Shown here piece by piece: positions 18,526-28,331 of a DNA stretch of 64,000 nt. The stretch covers positions 2,333 through 66,332 of the forward strand of contig JAYPOA010000001.1 in the NCBI GenBank assembly GCA_038130705.1. The letters run 5' to 3'. A program made the translations under genes and the position numbers. Numbering within the stretch: position 1 is the first letter of the stretch; each line of letters starts with the position of its first letter. This DNA comes from Methanobacteriota archaeon (GTDB lineage: Archaea; Thermoplasmatota; Poseidoniia; Poseidoniales; Poseidoniaceae). Under the pieces are notes generated by a model. It ran no database searches. It was not told the DNA's origin and saw only the letters and a program-made list of their open reading frames with translations.

Positions 18526-20286
18526 TTAATCCGGAATTCGAATTATTGATGTGTTTTTCTCTAAGTTTGCTTTGACATCTACGGCCCAAGCATCCAGTGA
18601 CGCATTCAAAATTGCAATTTCATCTCCTTGCTGAAGTGTATTGTAAATGGCAGGCCAGGAATTGTCCCATCCTTCAACTGTTACTTTGGTCTGATCATCA
18701 ATCAATACAATTCCCTTGCGAATCCATGGTTTTCCAGATTTACCAATACCGTACTTATACGTCTTGTATGCAACTCTTCCATACAAATTCCATCTTGCTT
18801 TGAAGTCAAAAAGTCCACAGTCTCCATCTTCAGCACTTGATGACTTTATCATCCTGGCATGAGGGTCGATCTTCAATTCAATTTCACCTTTCCAATTAGT
18901 TGAAGGGATTACTCCAACCAATCTAATTAAATCTCCTTTTTCTATTTCAGGATCGTAAGTAAGTTGTCCTTCACTTTCTTTTGAAATTATTTTTACAAAT
19001 GCTTTTCCGCCATCTTGTTGAACCATTACGTTGGGAATTCCTTCGCTATTCTTAGTGACGCTAAAAACCTCACAGAAAATATTCACCCTAGGTTCTAATT
19101 TACTTAGTTGGGTTAATTCATATGATTTAATTTCCCCTTTTGGTTGGATATTTTCGATTATTTTGTAATTATCATTTCCTTCTCCGCCAGGACATAATTT
19201 TGACCACTCGCAACTGTCGCACCTTACACCTTCTGGTGCTTCAGTCGGAACCCCTCCTTCAGAGAATCCTCTCAAATCTGAAGGTTTAGGAGGACAGTCT
19301 GATATTGTAACCGTTCTTGATTTTAATTCATTCCATAATTGGTTTAGCTGGCTTTCTAAAACAGTGATTTGATCTTCAGTCGGAGGCTTTACTGACTTTT
19401 TCTTACCTACTCCTAAATACCAGACTTCAAGTTCCTTCGGAATTTGTCCATCATGTGTTTTTGACCATAACATTGCATACATCTTCAATTGTTCGACATA
19501 GTTGCCACTTCTGTCTCCTACGCCTTTGCTTGCTTTTAGATCTACAATTTTAATTTTTGAACTATGTCTGTAAACTAAATCATACTCCCCTTGAAACCAA
19601 TATTCTGGATGTATTGCGTTTTGTGAAAATGGCTCTAAATCAGGGTCTACAAACCATGGCCTTGCTATTTCCCAAGCTTCAACAAGGTGACATGGCCCAT
19701 CCCTTGCGAGTGGATGAGGTCCCAATTGTTCTCTCCTGTCTGGAGATCTTATCAGGAGGTTATCATCACCATTTCTCCACTTTTGTAACTCCTCATCAGA
19801 AATAGATTCCTTCACTAGAAGTACTTCCTCTAAATGTAAATCAAGAGCAGTAATACACATTTGCATGTATTCTTCCATTGAATAATCATGCCAATTGCCT
19901 GCTTTTCTAGGATTTTTACTCCATTCTTCTTGCATCGCTTTACAAATATCTGGCCAATACTTCGCTATTCTTGAGGCATACCATTGAGAAATGTCATTCG
20001 AAATTTCACTATCATACAAAGGAAGTAGGTTATCTGCACCATTCTGTAAAACAGTAATCGGAGCTGATGAAGTTACTATACCTGGAGATTCCATCATTAC
20101 TCTAGTAACACACTCTTCTACTGCTCGACCCAAGAAGAGAGGAGGCGTTTGTCCAAACTTTAATCTCAAATTATTCTGATACCACCAAATTCTTGGGCAT
20201 TCTGCGAAAGTATTTGCTTGGGATGCGGATAGCCTGTTAAATTTGCCAACAGTATCATGTTCTGGATTGATTGAACTGACAGGCAT
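18526..20286 (-). CDS. Cas4/RecB-family PD-(D/E)xK nuclease domain with Cys4 Fe-S signature, fused to two C-terminal OB-fold (RPA/SSB-like) domains (paralogue A)
   Basis: N-terminal LSASQANTFAECPRIWWY (Cys1), AWEIARPW, GEYDLVYRH...IKIVDLKASK (D...DxK), QLKMYAMLW (QxxxY), and CDSCEWSKLC (C-x2-C-x5-C as in Cas4/AddB). The C-terminal ~190 aa hold two OB-like segments, for example SGKPWIRKGIVLIDDQTKVTVEGWDN...LQQGDEIAILNASLDAW. Confidence 0.7.
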   Translation of the reverse strand: MPVSSINPEHDTVGKFNRLSASQANTFAECPRIWWYQNNLRLKFGQTPPLFLGRAVEECVTRVMMESPGIVTSSAPITVLQNGADNLLPLYDSEISNDISQWYASRIAKYWPDICKAMQEEWSKNPRKAGNWHDYSMEEYMQMCITALDLHLEEVLLVKESISDEELQKWRNGDDNLLIRSPDRREQLGPHPLARDGPCHLVEAWEIARPWFVDPDLEPFSQNAIHPEYWFQGEYDLVYRHSSKIKIVDLKASKGVGDRSGNYVEQLKMYAMLWSKTHDGQIPKELEVWYLGVGKKKSVKPPTEDQITVLESQLNQLWNELKSRTVTISDCPPKPSDLRGFSEGGVPTEAPEGVRCDSCEWSKLCPGGEGNDNYKIIENIQPKGEIKSYELTQLSKLEPRVNIFCEVFSVTKNSEGIPNVMVQQDGGKAFVKIISKESEGQLTYDPEIEKGDLIRLVGVIPSTNWKGEIELKIDPHARMIKSSSAEDGDCGLFDFKARWNLYGRVAYKTYKYGIGKSGKPWIRKGIVLIDDQTKVTVEGWDNSWPAIYNTLQQGDEIAILNASLDAWAVDVKANLEKNTSIIRIPD

Positions 20287-20313
20287 GAACCCCTCGTCGT
20301 AGTTGGAGTTTAT

Positions 20314-21918
20314 TCAATCCTTCGATAGTATCTCGATTCTGGTTGTTCTTTTATCAACTCTGAGCTGAATAATTCCCTCACGCCAACCAAGGTCAGCAGA
20401 GATTATTCTAACTTCATCTCCTTGCTTCATAGACAAAATAGAGCCCTTTATTGAAGAACCAAATGCAACCAACTCTGCAACGCTTTCTCCGTCCCAGATA
20501 TGTAATGACACCATCGACCATGGCCTTCCATCTGCACGGATACCGTTTCTACGTGAAATTGATATGACTATGCCCTGAACATTTGCTTTTGTTCGTAGCA
20601 TCCCCATCCTCGTCAAATCACATTTAGCACCAACCTCTATAGAGCTTTGATTATCTAAATATAATCTTGGTTGCCCTCTCCAAACACCAGGTAATGCTCC
20701 AGTTACGATGACTTCATCTTGAGGAGAATCATGCATTTTGGGGAAAGAATTTGGCTGGCTTTCCTCCAAAGTCACCATCTTATCACCAGATTTTATCATA
20801 GCTCCTAAGACTAATTCTCCGTAGTGATTTGGCAAAGGCCCCCAGGAAGCCTGTAAAGAGCCCTTAACATTAACACGGTAAGGGATTGTAGAAATCAATT
20901 CACAAGGTGAAGAAATCATCGGCTTTTCAAATGGTAATTGGTCTAATTTACACCACCTACAACCTGCTTGTTCACCGGAGCATGGTTCATCGATTGGGAA
21001 CGCATTCGTAAGATTCCAATTCCTCATTTCTTCGTATATTTCTCGATATTCTTCAGTTGTTTTTGGATTTAGGTCTACTTCTTTCCTCAATCCATTTTTC
21101 AAATACCATCCTTCAATTCCATCACAAGTTGAATCATGAGTTTCATTCCATAGCCATGCATAAAAATTTAGTTGATGTTTAAGACTTGAAGAAAAAGACC
21201 CTTCTCCGTCCCCGATTTTTATATCGATTATTCTTGTTCTGCCATCCCAACGATGAACTAAATCACATTCTCCGGCAGCCCATCTATCAGCATGATACAT
21301 TCTTTGAGGCTCGGGATTTCTTGGATCTTTTACCCACGGACGAGCAATTTCCCAAGCGTCCTGCCACGTTATTGGATTTGAGAAAACATGGATTTCATCT
21401 TTCCATGATACCATGCTATTGGCTTTATCTGGCTGTAGGAATGTAGGAGGATTATCCCAACATGGTGCGGGGATTTCGAATTCGGTTTGCCCTCCCCCTG
21501 CCTCAAAGCATTTCTTTACTTCTTCTAATTGCAATCCAATACCGTTTCTAAGCATGTTACAAACAATTTGAATATCGAAGTAATCTGAAAACTCACCATC
21601 CTTCCAAATAGATTCTTCGAAGGAATTTCTACCATTATCAATCGCCTTTTGGCCATACTCATCTATCAGCCCTTCAAGCCACGATGACAAATCCTCTACC
21701 GATTCAACTATTGGCGCCCGGTGCATTAGAATTGAACAGAAAGCATCCTCTACTTCGATTCCCATAATCTGAGGTGGTGAAACGGGACCTCTGAGACCTA
21801 TCCTATAATTCAAGAACCACTGCTTCTTACATCTTAGAAATGTGGTAAGTGATGATGCTGAAAGCCTACTCCGTGACCTTCCAATCGACTGAGCTTCAGG
21901 AGGAATCTGGGCTGGCAT
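20314..21918 (-). CDS. Cas4/RecB-family Fe-S PD-(D/E)xK nuclease fused to two OB-fold domains (paralogue B)
   Basis: LSASSLTTFLRCKKQWFLNY, an identical AWEIARPW motif, GECDLVHRW...RIIDIKIGD, QLNFYAWLW, and the Cys cluster CSGEQAGCRWCKL. C-terminal OB-like RADGRPWSMVSLHIWDGESVAELVAF...MKQGDEVRIISADLGW. RBS GAGG 9 nt upstream. Only 9 nt after the ABCE1 stop. Confidence 0.7.
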   Translation of the reverse strand: MPAQIPPEAQSIGRSRSRLSASSLTTFLRCKKQWFLNYRIGLRGPVSPPQIMGIEVEDAFCSILMHRAPIVESVEDLSSWLEGLIDEYGQKAIDNGRNSFEESIWKDGEFSDYFDIQIVCNMLRNGIGLQLEEVKKCFEAGGGQTEFEIPAPCWDNPPTFLQPDKANSMVSWKDEIHVFSNPITWQDAWEIARPWVKDPRNPEPQRMYHADRWAAGECDLVHRWDGRTRIIDIKIGDGEGSFSSSLKHQLNFYAWLWNETHDSTCDGIEGWYLKNGLRKEVDLNPKTTEEYREIYEEMRNWNLTNAFPIDEPCSGEQAGCRWCKLDQLPFEKPMISSPCELISTIPYRVNVKGSLQASWGPLPNHYGELVLGAMIKSGDKMVTLEESQPNSFPKMHDSPQDEVIVTGALPGVWRGQPRLYLDNQSSIEVGAKCDLTRMGMLRTKANVQGIVISISRRNGIRADGRPWSMVSLHIWDGESVAELVAFGSSIKGSILSMKQGDEVRIISADLGWREGIIQLRVDKRTTRIEILSKD

Positions 21919-21927
21919 GATTTAGCC

Positions 21928-23706
21928 TCATGAATCAAATGAATAGTAATCCCCAGCAACTCTTTGCTCTCGATCCTTTCTGGATTCGGATTTGTTTATA
22001 CGCGGTCTCTTGGAATCATGGTCTCTTCTGAATGTAACATCGACTCCTGACAAGAATCGATTCATTCCCTCTCGAAGACCAAATGGACCCTCAGCTTTTC
22101 CACTCACTCCCCCTTCGCCTTCGAATACCAATAGTGAATCTGATACAATGTCAATGAAATAGACGTCATGGTCAATTACGAATGCCGCTTTTTCATTGGA
22201 TTCCATCGTTCTTCTAATCGCTTTAGCCGCTTCCATTCTTGCATTTGCGTCAAGATGCGCGCTTGGTTCATCAAGTAAATACAAATCAGCATCTCTTCCT
22301 AGACATATCGCAATCGATACTGCTTGAGATTCTCCTCCTGATAAGTTATTCACCTGCTTGGCAAGAAGTTCGTCCACCCCAAGGGCTCTTATCACATTCA
22401 CATTGAATTCCCCGCTTCTCCAACGGGGTCCAATTTCAGCATCTAACCAGGTCTGAACCGTACAATCAAGATTAGTTTCGATATGCTGCGGTTTGTATGA
22501 AATTGAAGCGTCTGCAGTTACCCAACCTGAATCGTATTCGTGTTCACCTGCCAAAATCTTGACCATAGTAGATTTTCCTGTGCCGTTAGGGCCTACAACT
22601 CCCACAACTTCGGCTTGGTGGACCTTGCCAGTACCTGTTTGAAGATTGAAATCACCTAGAGTTTTGCCTAAATCTCCCCATTCTACCACAGGATTACCAA
22701 TCTCATTAGACCGATCAGTGTGAGTTTGGAATTTTATTGGCTTATCTCTAATCCTGACATTTTGTTCTACTAAAAAACCGTCAAGATATGCATTGATGGC
22801 TTGTCTTGTTGACCTTGCGGGAGTAAAAATACCAAACGCACCTTTTCTCCCATAGACAATGTGTACTAAATCAGCAAGAACATCCAAAACCGCCAAATCG
22901 TGTTCGATTACAATTACTCTAGCACTTTCTGATAATTCTTGAATAATTCTTACAATTCTCATCCTTTCGTGGATATCGAGATAGGAAGATGGTTCATCGA
23001 AGAAATAAACGTCAGCCTTTTTCAATAGTGTAGCGCAAATTGCTACCCTTTGTAATTCACCACCAGACAACTGAGTTAATTCTCTGTCAAGCAGTTTGCT
23101 TAGACCTAATTTCTCGACCATTTCTTGATAGATATCCCTTTCATCAACCGATTCCAATAAAGACCCAACTTTTCCTTTTACGGCTTTGGGAATGTTATCG
23201 ACATATTGTGGTTTCAAGGCTACCTTAACTTTGGAATTACTCACATCGATTAAGAAATCCCTCAATTCTCCACGAGGTAGGCTTTCTATCACATCTTCCC
23301 ACCATACTTCATCTGCTTCAAAATCTCCTAAATTCGGTGTGATTGAACCGTTTAGAATCTTGAAAGCTGTTGATTTACCCATCCCGTTGGGGCCAAGAAT
23401 TCCAACAACTGATTCTTTTGAGGGAGTTGGCAGGCGGAATAGCCTGAACCCGTTAAGAGAATACCTGTGAATCATATCACTTTCTAACTCTGAGGGCAGT
23501 TGGGTAATGATAAGTGCGTCATGTGGGCACTTGTTAACACAAATTCCACAACCAATACATAGCGATTCTGAAATATGTGGTTTTCCAGTAACATTATCCA
23601 TAACTATACATTCTTGTCCATTTCGAACAGGAGGACAAAAGGCAAAGCATTCATCCATGCATTTCTTTGGTTGACAGTTATCTTCCTTGAGAACTGCAAC
23701 TCGCAT
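21928..23706 (-). CDS. abcE1: ABCE1 / RNase L inhibitor (Rli1) ribosome-recycling ATPase
   Basis: N-terminal double 4Fe-4S ferredoxin motifs (CIGCGICVNKCP) and two ABC cassettes (GPNGMGKST, GPNGTGKST, LSGGE signatures). Confidence 0.93.
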   Translation of the reverse strand: MRVAVLKEDNCQPKKCMDECFAFCPPVRNGQECIVMDNVTGKPHISESLCIGCGICVNKCPHDALIITQLPSELESDMIHRYSLNGFRLFRLPTPSKESVVGILGPNGMGKSTAFKILNGSITPNLGDFEADEVWWEDVIESLPRGELRDFLIDVSNSKVKVALKPQYVDNIPKAVKGKVGSLLESVDERDIYQEMVEKLGLSKLLDRELTQLSGGELQRVAICATLLKKADVYFFDEPSSYLDIHERMRIVRIIQELSESARVIVIEHDLAVLDVLADLVHIVYGRKGAFGIFTPARSTRQAINAYLDGFLVEQNVRIRDKPIKFQTHTDRSNEIGNPVVEWGDLGKTLGDFNLQTGTGKVHQAEVVGVVGPNGTGKSTMVKILAGEHEYDSGWVTADASISYKPQHIETNLDCTVQTWLDAEIGPRWRSGEFNVNVIRALGVDELLAKQVNNLSGGESQAVSIAICLGRDADLYLLDEPSAHLDANARMEAAKAIRRTMESNEKAAFVIDHDVYFIDIVSDSLLVFEGEGGVSGKAEGPFGLREGMNRFLSGVDVTFRRDHDSKRPRINKSESRKDREQRVAGDYYSFDS

Positions 23707-23806
23707 GTTATCATCTCCTGTATTAGTGCTTGATTAATTATTCATCAAATACAAATTGAAAACTACCTAACATAGAGGTTTTGGCATAAGCCAAACCAAT
23801 TGGTAA

Positions 23807-24346
23807 TCAGACAAGTCCTTTTACAAATTCATGACCACGAATAAGTTTCGTAGTACAAGGTGTTGGGAATTTCATTCCCGCTTTTCTTAGTGCATCTTTT
23901 GCTACTAGGTAATGTTCAGGGGTGAATTGTAAAGATATGATCCTTTGACCTCTCTTGACTCTTGCAGCGGTTCCAACATTCTTTCCAAAAGCGCATCTCA
24001 TTCCTTGTGAAACACGGTCAGCACCTGCACCGGTTGCTTGTTTGTTCTCCCTCAAAACGTGATGAGGGTAAGTGTGGACCCTTAGAGCATAATTTTGTGC
24101 ACCTGCTACTTTCCTAATTGTAGAATTCGAAATAACACGAGCCGCCTCGAGAGCTGTGTGGCGAATCTGACAGGATTCGTCTGCAATCAAATTGAGTTCC
24201 ATTGTAAATTCTCCAGTTTCTGCAGCACGACGGTTGCCGACATGGAATTGGTGAATTCTGTTGTTCGGGACACCACCGATATACTTGCGTCTGGTGTAGG
24301 CTGGACCCTTTAGTCTTCGGTACATTTTTGCGGGCTTTCGTGCCAT
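23807..24346 (-). CDS. rpl10e: 50S ribosomal protein L10e (uL16)
   Basis: MARKPAKMYRRLKGPAYTRRKYIGGVP is the canonical L10e N-terminus; 179 aa. Confidence 0.9.
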   Translation of the reverse strand: MARKPAKMYRRLKGPAYTRRKYIGGVPNNRIHQFHVGNRRAAETGEFTMELNLIADESCQIRHTALEAARVISNSTIRKVAGAQNYALRVHTYPHHVLRENKQATGAGADRVSQGMRCAFGKNVGTAARVKRGQRIISLQFTPEHYLVAKDALRKAGMKFPTPCTTKLIRGHEFVKGLV

Positions 24347-24459
24347 GACTCAATCCTCCAAGCGATTTTGCGACTTGCCTTCCATATATGACGATACCGA
24401 TTACTATTTTTTGTTAAATAGGGCAAAGGTCATTGAATAGGTAGGGTTAGCGCAGGTCA

Positions 24460-25608
24460 ATGTCAGCATGGCGCAAGTTCTTAGAGGAAGAGTCAGAATA
24501 TCAATGGCTTTCCTTCGCAGTGTTCGCTTTTGCAGTGATAATTGGAGCCGTCTTAATAGACTGGTCTGATAACTTATCTGGATTTCATGAAGGAGCAGCA
24601 ATCGAGCAGAATGGAATTATTCTTGATGCCGCAGGAGATGCAATATTGTTTGAAAATGAATCTGGCAAGTATGTCTCTCTTCACGACGATGTCCAAGAGA
24701 CGCCATATGCCTCGTGCTTAGTTCAGCACGCTCACATCACCTTCGCCTGTATGGGAACAGAAGGTTTGCTATTTTTTACCGAAGAAGATTATTCTTTAGA
24801 ATTTGGCTGGATTCCTATGGCATTAGGCAAGAATGTGACTGCTAAAAATGTAGAAGCAAACGCTCAAAATGAATTATTGGTCGTCATTCAAGATGGTACA
24901 TCTGACAAGTTAGCCGCAATGCACATTAGCGAAGGAGATGGCCTTTCTGATGTTACATCCCAAGATGGAATAATGCACATCAACTCCATGCTAGCTACTG
25001 ATGGAGGATGGTTTGTAGGTGGCTCTTGGCAAGCTCCTCCGAACTGGTTGGGAACAAATCCTACTTCTCCTCCGATGTATGAACTGGTTATGTTTGTAGA
25101 GTGGGATGGAATAAATTCACCTGATTCGGAAATAATTTACCTGGGTGGAGAAGGAACAATACACGGAATCTATCAAATGAATAACGGAGATTACATTGCC
25201 ACAGGTACTGATGACACTGTTGTAATAGATTCCGTGGAAATTACTTCTCTAAACATAGCAAGCTTCTCGTCAATATCCGATAACAACAACAAAATCTGGC
25301 TATTTGGTGGGCTGAATTCAGACGCTGTTGCGATCATAAACAACGCTGAAATAACATACGAAGAATTGCCATCAAACTTGGGATTAAACCCAAACTTTGT
25401 AGATTGTAATTCTGAAGGATTGATCTCGATATACGGTGCCGATGCTTATGATTCACCACGTGCAGTTTCTATAGAAAGTGATGCAAGAACTTCAATATTG
25501 AGCCTTAGGGGTGTTATGGACTTAGGATTCATACTTGTTTCGATTACGATTATTTCAGTAATGGGTTGGAATATTGCCGATTCGGTTAGACGCGGAGAAG
25601 TTTTCTGA
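24460..25608 (+). CDS. Membrane-anchored extracellular protein (hypothetical)
   Basis: N-terminal TM LSFAVFAFAVIIGAVLIDW and C-terminal TM GFILVSITIISVMGW. The middle is G/D/N-rich. Confidence 0.4.
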   Translation: MSAWRKFLEEESEYQWLSFAVFAFAVIIGAVLIDWSDNLSGFHEGAAIEQNGIILDAAGDAILFENESGKYVSLHDDVQETPYASCLVQHAHITFACMGTEGLLFFTEEDYSLEFGWIPMALGKNVTAKNVEANAQNELLVVIQDGTSDKLAAMHISEGDGLSDVTSQDGIMHINSMLATDGGWFVGGSWQAPPNWLGTNPTSPPMYELVMFVEWDGINSPDSEIIYLGGEGTIHGIYQMNNGDYIATGTDDTVVIDSVEITSLNIASFSSISDNNNKIWLFGGLNSDAVAIINNAEITYEELPSNLGLNPNFVDCNSEGLISIYGADAYDSPRAVSIESDARTSILSLRGVMDLGFILVSITIISVMGWNIADSVRRGEVF

Positions 25609-25709
25609 ACTAATTAAAAAAACAAAGAGATTGAATTATTTGTCAGGGGATAATTTACGAACCTCTTTCGCACACGACAACTCCTAGCGCAAGCTAAGGA
25701 TGTGTAATA

Positions 25710-28331
25710 TTGGCCAAGAGGGGGATGATGGACCAGTATATTGACATCAAATCTGAACACCAAGATTCTGTCTTATTTTTCCGAATGGGAGATTTCTATG
25801 AACAATTCTATGACGACGCAGTTGTCGCTTCAGAAGTACTCGGATTGGCTTTAACAAGTAGGGATAAGAATGCTGAAAATCCAATACCTATGGCAGGATT
25901 TCCATGGCATGCTCTTGAAGACAACCTAAGAGCGATGCTAAAAGCCGGTCACAAAGTTTGTGTGGCTGAACAAGAAGACGAATTGAGGGAAGGTGCAAAA
26001 CTACTCGAAAGGGTTGTTACTCGAATTTACACCCCAGGGTCATTGTATGAAGAGAGTTTAATCGGAACTGATGAAGTCGCTAACTTGTCTAGTATTTTGA
26101 TAAAAAATGACTCTGTTGGTTTATCTATACTAGACGCAAGCACTGGAAACCTGTGGGCTGTAGAATATAATGGCGTAGACCGATTGGACAGAGTATTAGA
26201 TGATTTATTGCGTAGTAGTACTAGAGAATTAGTGTTCACTCCTAAAGACTCAGAAAAGGACGAACTCCGAAGAATTATATCGAATATTGATAATATAACA
26301 CTCTCACAGCACTCAACTTCAAAGAGAAAATCTGATGAAGCACTAAAACAGATATTGGAAGTAGCCGATTTAGGACATATCGACCTTGGGGACTTTCCGA
26401 TTGCCATGGAAGCGGCAGGCCTCGCTGCTGATTACTTGTCATCAATGCACTTGATGGAATCAATATCATTCAAAGACGTTGAAATATTACGCCCAAATGA
26501 TAGTTTAATCTTAGACCAAACCACATTAAGAAACTTAGAATTAACACAGACGCTATCTGGAGAAAAGGAAGGATCTCTTCTTGGCTCTATCGACAAATGC
26601 CGAACTGCAATGGGAAGAAGGTGCTTGAAGCAGTGGATATTACGACCATTGGCATCCAAGGAAGAAATCGAGGAGAGACAAGACTCTGTTGCGAGCATAG
26701 CTCGTTCATCGAAAAGATTGGATGAGATAAGAGATGTTCTGAAAGGATTGAGAGATATGGAGCGCTTAGCTACTCAGTTATCTTACAACCGTTCCACAGG
26801 TAGAGATCTCGTTGCCATTTCATTAGCATTGGAAAGAATGCCAAAGCTAAAATCTATATGCAAACAAATGGATGATGAATTGTTAAACAAAATCTCCGAA
26901 GATTTAGATGTTTTAGAAATGATGAAAATTGATATTCAGGCTAATCTAAATGATGAACAACCACTATCTATGAAAGATGGAGGAATTATTCGAGAGGGTA
27001 TCGATTCTAATTTAGATGAATTGAGAACTGCGGCATCAATAGGTAAAAAATGGTTCAAAGATTTGGAAACAAAGGAAAGAAATAGATTACAAATTCCATC
27101 ACTGAAAGTCAAGCATAACAGGCAAATAGGTTGGTATATAGAAGTCACAAAATCACATTTGTCTAAGGTCCCAGATGAATGGAAGAGAAAGCAACAAATG
27201 ACTAACGGAAATAGATACGTAACCGATGAATTGTTACACTGGGAAGATAAATTGCTAACCGCCTCCACAAAAGCGAACAATATCGAATATGAATTGTTTA
27301 GAGATTTGAGAGAAAGGTGCAAACAAAACACAAGAATGCTTGGATTGATTAGTACACATGTATCTCAAATCGATGTTCTCCAGTGTTTTGCAACCATTGC
27401 AAGAAGTCGTTCTTGGTCTAGACCTGTAATTTTTGAAGATAATCGTTTGGTTGCAAAAGGATTGAGACACCCCGTTTTGGAACTACAGCCAAACTTCGTT
27501 CCAAATGATTTACAGTTCGACAAGAAGAGAAAATTTTTGTTGATAACGGGGCCAAATATGGGAGGTAAATCCACCTATTTGAGGTGCGCCGCCTTAGTGA
27601 CTGTTTTAGCGCAGTGTGGCTCTTTTGTGCCAGCTGATAGCGCACAAATAGGGATCGTCGACAGAATTTTCACCAGGGTTGGAGCATCTGATGACATTCG
27701 GAGAGGTAGGTCTACTTTCATGATGGAAATGATGGAGGTTTCACATATCCTAAAACAGGCAACCTCTGACTCGCTAATTTTACTTGATGAAATTGGTAGA
27801 GGAACATCTACCTTTGATGGCCTATCTATTGCATGGTCTGTATCAGAAGATATCTCAAAACGTCTGTCTTCAAGGACACTATTTGCGACTCACTATCACC
27901 AATTAATTGGTTTGGAAGGCGAAATAGGTGGTCTGGTGAATGTCCATGTCCAAGTAGCTCAAACGGATGGAGAACTTAGATTCCTTCACACAGTGGCGGA
28001 CGGTCCGTGCGACGATTCTTATGGCGTTCAAGTAGCGGCTTTGGCCGGCCTTCCAAGACATGTTATTGAAAGAGCAAGTGACTTACTAAACTTCCTCGAA
28101 AAGCAGGCAGACGGAGCAAAGGCCGGTAACAAGGGCACACCAATGGCGAGAAATGCTGGACAATCATCGCTTTTAGGATTCGTAGGCACGCCGAACGTAA
28201 TTATCGAAAAGGATGAAAAAATGGAAGTCATCAAATCAAAATTAAGTGATATGGACATCGATTCGATGAGTCCAAGAGACGCACTGCAAGCACTTTACGA
28301 TCTGCAAAATTCTCTGGAGGTTGATGAATGA
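25710..28331 (+). CDS. mutS: DNA mismatch repair protein MutS (bacterial MutS1 type)
   Basis: N-terminal mismatch-binding MMDQYIDIKSEHQDSVLFFRMGDFYE, Walker A GPNMGGKSTYLR, and C-terminal HTH region; 873 aa. Confidence 0.94.
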   Translation: MAKRGMMDQYIDIKSEHQDSVLFFRMGDFYEQFYDDAVVASEVLGLALTSRDKNAENPIPMAGFPWHALEDNLRAMLKAGHKVCVAEQEDELREGAKLLERVVTRIYTPGSLYEESLIGTDEVANLSSILIKNDSVGLSILDASTGNLWAVEYNGVDRLDRVLDDLLRSSTRELVFTPKDSEKDELRRIISNIDNITLSQHSTSKRKSDEALKQILEVADLGHIDLGDFPIAMEAAGLAADYLSSMHLMESISFKDVEILRPNDSLILDQTTLRNLELTQTLSGEKEGSLLGSIDKCRTAMGRRCLKQWILRPLASKEEIEERQDSVASIARSSKRLDEIRDVLKGLRDMERLATQLSYNRSTGRDLVAISLALERMPKLKSICKQMDDELLNKISEDLDVLEMMKIDIQANLNDEQPLSMKDGGIIREGIDSNLDELRTAASIGKKWFKDLETKERNRLQIPSLKVKHNRQIGWYIEVTKSHLSKVPDEWKRKQQMTNGNRYVTDELLHWEDKLLTASTKANNIEYELFRDLRERCKQNTRMLGLISTHVSQIDVLQCFATIARSRSWSRPVIFEDNRLVAKGLRHPVLELQPNFVPNDLQFDKKRKFLLITGPNMGGKSTYLRCAALVTVLAQCGSFVPADSAQIGIVDRIFTRVGASDDIRRGRSTFMMEMMEVSHILKQATSDSLILLDEIGRGTSTFDGLSIAWSVSEDISKRLSSRTLFATHYHQLIGLEGEIGGLVNVHVQVAQTDGELRFLHTVADGPCDDSYGVQVAALAGLPRHVIERASDLLNFLEKQADGAKAGNKGTPMARNAGQSSLLGFVGTPNVIIEKDEKMEVIKSKLSDMDIDSMSPRDALQALYDLQNSLEVDE

